A DNA stretch of 64,000 nt from Candidatus Latescibacterota bacterium. Lineage in GTDB: Bacteria; Krumholzibacteriota; Krumholzibacteriia; WVZY01. Every line of letters begins with the position of its first letter. Position 1 is the stretch's first letter. The position numbers and the translations under genes are program-made. The notes beneath the pieces were generated by a model, which saw only the letters and a program-made list of their open reading frames with translations, was not told the DNA's origin and did no database searches. Shown here piece after piece: positions 58,986-64,000 of the stretch. The stretch spans positions 192,001 to 256,000 of the forward strand of contig CAWBQK010000015.1 of the NCBI GenBank assembly GCA_963791045.1, written 5' to 3'.

Positions 58986-61766
58986 GTGAAACGTGGATTC
59001 TTTCTGGGTATCTTTGTGATTTTTCTCACGTGTGCGGCGACCGGGTTCGCGGTCGACAACGACACGTGTTTCGACTGCCACTCGGACGAGGACCTCACCA
59101 AGGAAATCAAGGGCAAGTCGATTTCCTTGTTTGTCGACAACAATGTATTCAAGCTGTCCGTGCATAAGGACCTCGATTGCACCGACTGCCATATGGACGC
59201 CGATGTTGAAGATTTCCCTCACGAGGAAAACCTTGAAAAGGTCTACTGCGGCAACTGTCACGACGATCAACAACTCGATTTTGACGCGAGCAGCCATGGC
59301 CAGGCGCTCAATCGCAAAGCGCCCTATGCGCCCACATGCAAAGAATGCCACGGGGTGCACGACATTTTTTCGCCGAGCGATCTCAGGTCGATAGCGTACA
59401 AAATGAATATCCCTTTCCTCTGCGGCGGTTGTCACCGCGAGGGAGCGCCCGTATCGCGGGTCTACGATATCGGCGAACACAACATCGTCGAAAACTACAG
59501 CCAGAGTATCCACGGCGAGGGACTTTTCAAAAAAGGCCTGACCGTTACGGCAACATGCTCGGACTGCCACGGCGCGCATTTGATTCTTCCGCACACGGAA
59601 CCAAAAGCGACGATTTCACCAAGGAACATCGCGGGGATGTGCATGAAATGCCATTCCAGAATCGAGGACGTTCACGAGAAAGTGATCCGCGGAGAGCTAT
59701 GGGAGAAAGAGCCAGGCGCAATTCCGGCGTGCACCGACTGTCATCTTCCACACAAGGTGCGCAAAGAAACAGTCGCTCTGACTATTTCCGACAGGGACTG
59801 TCTGAAATGCCACGAAAAGCCCGACCAGTTCATGATCTCACACGGCGACACGATTTCATTGACCGTCCTCAAGTCTGACATAGACGATTCTGCGCATGAG
59901 AATATTCCATGCGTCAAATGCCACACCGATATAGACCCCCGGCTCAAACGCCCGTGCGAACCCTCGGGCAGAGTCGACTGTTCGAACTGTCACGCCAAAA
60001 TATCGGAAGAGTACTTCGAAAGCGGGCACGGGAAGGCCTACGCCGAAAAATCCCCCGATGCGCCGTACTGCACGACATGTCACAGCGACCACAAGGTGAA
60101 GAGCCACAGCGATGAAAGCGCGCCGACATACCGCGCGTCGATCCCCGAGCTGTGCGGGCGCTGCCACCGCGAAAACGGCCAGGCGACACTCAACGCCGAG
60201 CTGTCGGAAACAAACGCCTTCACCGACTACTCGACGAGCGTCCACGGCAAAGGGCTCGTGGAAAAGGGACTGCTCCCGAGTGCGGTGTGCATCGACTGTC
60301 ACAGTTCACACATGGTGTTGAAGCACACCGACAAACGTTCAACCGTCCACGAGAACAACATACCGGCAACCTGCGCCTCTTGTCACAGGGGAATATACAA
60401 GCAGTTCATAAAGAGCATCCACTACTCAACCGACGACGAAAAAGAAGAGAAACTCCCGAACTGCAGCGATTGCCATTCGCCGCACACGATCACGGAGACC
60501 AAGCAAGACCAGTTCATGACCGAGGTAACCCATCAGTGCGGCTCGTGTCATGGCCATCTCTCGGAAACGTATTTCGATACAATGCACGGCAAGGCGTACC
60601 GGCTCGGTTACGCGGAGGCCGCCAAGTGTTCGGATTGCCACGGCGCGCACGAAATCCTTTCGGGCAACGACCCTAACTCGTCGGTGGGATTCCGGAATAT
60701 CGTGACCACATGCCAGAAGTGCCACGAAGACGCCAACATACGCTTCACTGGGTATCTCACCCACGCCACTCATCACGATCCGGTCAAATACCCGATTCTC
60801 TACTATACCTATTGGGCCATGACGCTGCTTCTCGTCGGCGTGTTTTCATTCTTTGGCATCCATACGCTTCTGTGGCTTCCAAGGTCGTTCAGACAGTTGA
60901 GGAAACGAAGACAGCACGCAAAAGAAGAGAAGGAATCCCGCTACTATATTCAGAGGTTTACGCTGCCTCAGCGGCTGACCCATCTCTTTGTCATCATCAG
61001 CTTCATGTCGCTCGCGCTTACGGGGATGATGCTCAAATTCTCTTCGATGCCCTGGGCTTTTGCTCTGGCGAACTTCCTCGGCGGCGTCAAGGTCGCCGGA
61101 GTCATCCACAGGACCGCGGCGGTGATCACGTTCGGTTATTTTGTTTTCCACATTGCATCGCTTGTCAGGTTCAAACGGCAGCGCAGGATTAGCTGGATGC
61201 AACTCGCGTTCGGGCCGAATTCCTTGATGTTCAACAAAAAGGATATAGCCGACTTCTGGGGAACTATTAAGTGGTTCTTCGGCGCCGGGCCGCGTCCCGA
61301 GTACGGACGTTGGACGTACTGGGAAAAATTCGATTATCTCGCCGTGTTCTGGGGAGTGGCTGTCATCGGGCTTTCAGGGCTCATGCTGTGGTTCCCCGAA
61401 CTGTTTACAAAGATCGTTCCCGGCTGGTTCATAAACGTGGCCACTATTATTCACAGCGATGAGGCCCTTCTCGCCGTTGGATTTATTTTCACGGTGCACT
61501 TCTTCAACACGCACTTGCGGCCCGAAGCGTTCCCGATGGACACGGTTGTCTTCACGGGAGTCGTGGGCCTCGAAGAATACAAAAAAGACCGCCCGCATGA
61601 ATACGAGCGGCTGATCAAGACGAACGAATTGAGAAAGCGCGTCGTCAAAAAGGACATCTCGAAGAACTGGGATCTCGCGATCCGGATATTTGGTTACACG
61701 TTCCTCACGATCGGAATTGTTTTGATTGGCCTGATTATTTACTCGGTTCTGTTCGGCTACAAGTAA
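58986..61766 (+). CDS. CbcL-like fusion of a 19-heme cytochrome c and a cytochrome b domain
   Basis: Signal peptide; 19 CxxCH counted; C-terminal TM domain with RLTH, IHR, WEKFDY, IHSDEA, VHFFNTH. Confidence 0.88.
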   Translation: MKRGFFLGIFVIFLTCAATGFAVDNDTCFDCHSDEDLTKEIKGKSISLFVDNNVFKLSVHKDLDCTDCHMDADVEDFPHEENLEKVYCGNCHDDQQLDFDASSHGQALNRKAPYAPTCKECHGVHDIFSPSDLRSIAYKMNIPFLCGGCHREGAPVSRVYDIGEHNIVENYSQSIHGEGLFKKGLTVTATCSDCHGAHLILPHTEPKATISPRNIAGMCMKCHSRIEDVHEKVIRGELWEKEPGAIPACTDCHLPHKVRKETVALTISDRDCLKCHEKPDQFMISHGDTISLTVLKSDIDDSAHENIPCVKCHTDIDPRLKRPCEPSGRVDCSNCHAKISEEYFESGHGKAYAEKSPDAPYCTTCHSDHKVKSHSDESAPTYRASIPELCGRCHRENGQATLNAELSETNAFTDYSTSVHGKGLVEKGLLPSAVCIDCHSSHMVLKHTDKRSTVHENNIPATCASCHRGIYKQFIKSIHYSTDDEKEEKLPNCSDCHSPHTITETKQDQFMTEVTHQCGSCHGHLSETYFDTMHGKAYRLGYAEAAKCSDCHGAHEILSGNDPNSSVGFRNIVTTCQKCHEDANIRFTGYLTHATHHDPVKYPILYYTYWAMTLLLVGVFSFFGIHTLLWLPRSFRQLRKRRQHAKEEKESRYYIQRFTLPQRLTHLFVIISFMSLALTGMMLKFSSMPWAFALANFLGGVKVAGVIHRTAAVITFGYFVFHIASLVRFKRQRRISWMQLAFGPNSLMFNKKDIADFWGTIKWFFGAGPRPEYGRWTYWEKFDYLAVFWGVAVIGLSGLMLWFPELFTKIVPGWFINVATIIHSDEALLAVGFIFTVHFFNTHLRPEAFPMDTVVFTGVVGLEEYKKDRPHEYERLIKTNELRKRVVKKDISKNWDLAIRIFGYTFLTIGIVLIGLIIYSVLFGYK

Positions 61767-61860
61767 CATCCGGGCGAATGAGCCGTCCGACCACTTAGAC
61801 ACGCCGGGCGGTCGCTGTCACCAACGACAACCCCGCCCCTTCAATCACGCGCAAAACAAA

Positions 61861-61886
61861 GAGGGTGCCCTGGAAAGGGCACCCTC
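61861..61886. terminator. Hairpin between convergent cytochrome genes
   Basis: GAGGGTGCCCT-GGAA-AGGGCACCCTC. Confidence 0.7.
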
Positions 61887-61912
61887 GATCGAAGAACCAA
61901 TTTCCAAAAAGA

Positions 61913-62953
61913 TCACTGTGGGAACTGGAGCGGGAAATCCTCTTCCGCGATCGGCTCGCCGTAGAGCATGTCCTGCTGAAGATCCGGTTCGTCCTTGAGA
62001 TACGTCCACGTCTGCCCACCGTCACTCGTAGTCACGAACGCCCACTTCATCGCGGTCTTCCAATCGGCGGGAATGAACACGAAGCCCTTGAAATAGTCCA
62101 GGGCCTGTGCGTTGTCATCCCACCACGCGACGGTCATCGATCCCGTATCTTGGTATTCCTGGATGAGCTCGTTGTAGTGACACTTGTCGCAAAAGTCGTC
62201 GGTGTCTTCCGGTGTGTACACCGAGTGACCGGCGTACGGCGCCCACACCATGAACGTTTGTCCCTGGTATGTCGCGGTCATGCTGTTCGCCTGGTGGAGT
62301 TTGCCCTTCCATTTCACGAGCGGCATCCACTGGTGGAACATCGCACCAAAAATCTTCGTGTCGTCGCTGATCTCGGTGTCGAAGTGACAACTCTGACACG
62401 ACGTGGTTGCCTGCATATGGCACGCCGTACAGTGGACTTTCTCCATATGCTTTTCGTTATGTGCGCGGTTTTCCGACGGGCTGGGATGACAACTCTCACA
62501 CTCAATCTTTATCGCTCCGTCGAGAAGCGAATTGTACTTGTTACCGTCGCCGTGAACCTCGTCCATTGTGTGGCAGTTCACGCATTGAAAACCCGCGTCG
62601 CGGTGAACGTCACTGTACCCGAGTTTGAACGCCTCGGCCGCCTGCCTCCCATGGCACACATAGCACATCTCGTCTGTCGGCGCCGTGCTGGAGGTCATGT
62701 GGCATGTTTCACACTTGCTCGCCTCGACATGACACCCGATGCAGGCCAGTTCCTCGTACGGTATGTTCGTCATCAGTTCCATACCGCCGTTCGCCGCGCT
62801 GTAAAAGTACGCCTGCCCGTCCGTCGTGCCGTGCAAAGACGAAGCGATCGTCGAAGAAATCGACTCATTCTTCGGGCACGTGGGACAATCATCGTCACTG
62901 CAACCTATAAACAGCAGTGAGACGACAAGGATCAGAGCCAAGGTTCTTCCCAT
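61913..62953 (-). CDS. Octaheme cytochrome c lipoprotein
   Basis: Lipobox LFIG-C; CIGCH, CETCH, CYVCH, CVNCH, CESCH, CTACH, CQSCH, CDKCH. Confidence 0.88.
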   Translation of the reverse strand: MGRTLALILVVSLLFIGCSDDDCPTCPKNESISSTIASSLHGTTDGQAYFYSAANGGMELMTNIPYEELACIGCHVEASKCETCHMTSSTAPTDEMCYVCHGRQAAEAFKLGYSDVHRDAGFQCVNCHTMDEVHGDGNKYNSLLDGAIKIECESCHPSPSENRAHNEKHMEKVHCTACHMQATTSCQSCHFDTEISDDTKIFGAMFHQWMPLVKWKGKLHQANSMTATYQGQTFMVWAPYAGHSVYTPEDTDDFCDKCHYNELIQEYQDTGSMTVAWWDDNAQALDYFKGFVFIPADWKTAMKWAFVTTSDGGQTWTYLKDEPDLQQDMLYGEPIAEEDFPLQFPQ

Positions 62954-63107
62954 AACATTCCTCCTGAGTGTGGCTCAAAAATCTGTCAACGGCAGGCCAG
63001 AATAATCTCAGAGCACATCTTCGTCCCCCGACTGCTTCCATCGCTCTGTCGCCGCCGACGCTGCTCTGCGATCCACCGACCTCAAACTCCATGGACCGCC
63101 CGCGGAA

Positions 63108-63191
63108 AGGTGAAACCGTTCACAAACTACACCGCGCAAATTCAAACGTTGCCATTTCAGGAATTCTAGTTAGAGCCGGTTTTGTTGTCAA
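63108..63191 (-). promoter_or_regulatory. Sigma70 promoter plus Rex-like box upstream of the octaheme gene
   Basis: TTGACA-N17-TAGAAT (63191-63163); AGGTGAA-ACCG-TTCACAA 63108-63125. Confidence 0.6.
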
Positions 63192-63311
63192 CGTTGATAA
63201 TCAACACGGATAATAAAAAGGCAGCCTTCAAACGGAGGCCTAACACCACCAAGAAAAACGGGGCCCGTTTTCACGCGGACCCCGTCGAATCGTTTTCACA
63301 AAGCAGGAAAC

Positions 63312-63899
63312 CTACTTCGCGTATTTCGCCTTCCGCTCCGCGGGAAGGTTGTGAGCTATAGCCGCCATGGCTTTTTCGTAATCGAAACCCTTGAATGTCG
63401 GGCTCTTCTCGTTATGGCATCCTTTGCAGGCGTCTGCCGTCGGACGCACATAACCCATAGCCGCGCCATCGTCATCGCCGGAGGTGATCGCCTTCATTGC
63501 GGCCGACTTGTAATAGTCGCCACCGGCCCCGTGGCAGGCCTCACACTGGACACCCTGGGTCGCATCAAACTTCTCGCCGTAGAATTTCGCGTCGAGGCCA
63601 TGACCCGTCGCGTGACAGGCGAGGCACTCCGCGGCTTTCTGCGGATCCTCGATGCCTTTCTCGGTCGCGATCTTCTTCGCTGCTTCCCCTGCGAGGGTCG
63701 CGAAGGCGCCCGCGTGCTTGCTCTTTTCCCAGATCGGGAACTGCTCGCCCTGCGCGGCGGACTTGTGACACATCGTACACTTTGCCACACCCAAGTACAC
63801 GTGCTGGACTTCTTCCGAAGCCGCCGGGGTTGTGAGCGTATAAAGCGCCGCCACGACAACAAAAGTCGTGATCAGCGTACCAATAACCAACTTACGCAT
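63312..63899 (-). CDS. Tetraheme cytochrome c (c554-like)
   Basis: Signal peptide; YLG..KCTMCH, W..SKH..AF.TL, CLACH, GVQCEACHG, CKGCH. Confidence 0.88.
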   Translation of the reverse strand: MRKLVIGTLITTFVVVAALYTLTTPAASEEVQHVYLGVAKCTMCHKSAAQGEQFPIWEKSKHAGAFATLAGEAAKKIATEKGIEDPQKAAECLACHATGHGLDAKFYGEKFDATQGVQCEACHGAGGDYYKSAAMKAITSGDDDGAAMGYVRPTADACKGCHNEKSPTFKGFDYEKAMAAIAHNLPAERKAKYAK

Positions 63900-64000
63900 A
63901 ACGGTTTCCCTCCCTATGATTGTTACCGCTACAAATGACCCCGGCATTATACCAGAGGTCATCGTCGTTTGCCACACTTTCTCGCCGGAACATCTCCCGG

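Overview
GC-rich bacterial chromosome segment. The FlgD/T9SS-like C-terminal domains and TWGxxKxxY tails suggest an FCB-group candidate phylum such as Krumholzibacteriota/Latescibacterota (inference). 1-24.2 kb: housekeeping and envelope genes (SbcCD/YhaON-like pair, two LysR regulators, M19 dipeptidase, suhB-LysR-ino1 inositol module, htpX, TPR protein, thermonuclease, Cys/Met lyase, DUF3524/GTDC1-like glycosyltransferase, thyX, M50 protease, ATP-grasp ligase, GT-C+TPR, nucleotide-sugar dehydrogenase), plus two candidate structured RNAs and a palindromic repeat family. 24.3-34.1 kb: accessory island built from two similar modules [secreted CTD protein (-)] - [tRNA-Thr-derived att-like arm] - [TWG-tail protein (+)]. 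It also holds an IS256 remnant, a group II intron 3' remnant and an intact IS110/IS1111-type element whose right-end RNA appears to carry guides matching the ...Leu-Lys-stop end of the CTD gene it sits in. 34.2-40.5 kb: YtrA-like GntR/ABC operon, ispH, sigma54-driven GAF protein. 40.6-54.4 kb: complex I operon lacking nuoI, with an enlarged NuoH and a Rex-like box. 54.7-57.1 kb: DUF2064, SplB-like radical SAM, histidine phosphatase. 57.5-64 kb: multiheme cytochrome cluster (ImcH-like 7-heme, 19-heme CbcL-like cytochrome c/b fusion, octaheme lipoprotein, tetraheme c554-like). Several conserved genes carry frameshifts that look like sequencing indels. All family assignments are by eye from motifs; no searches were run.
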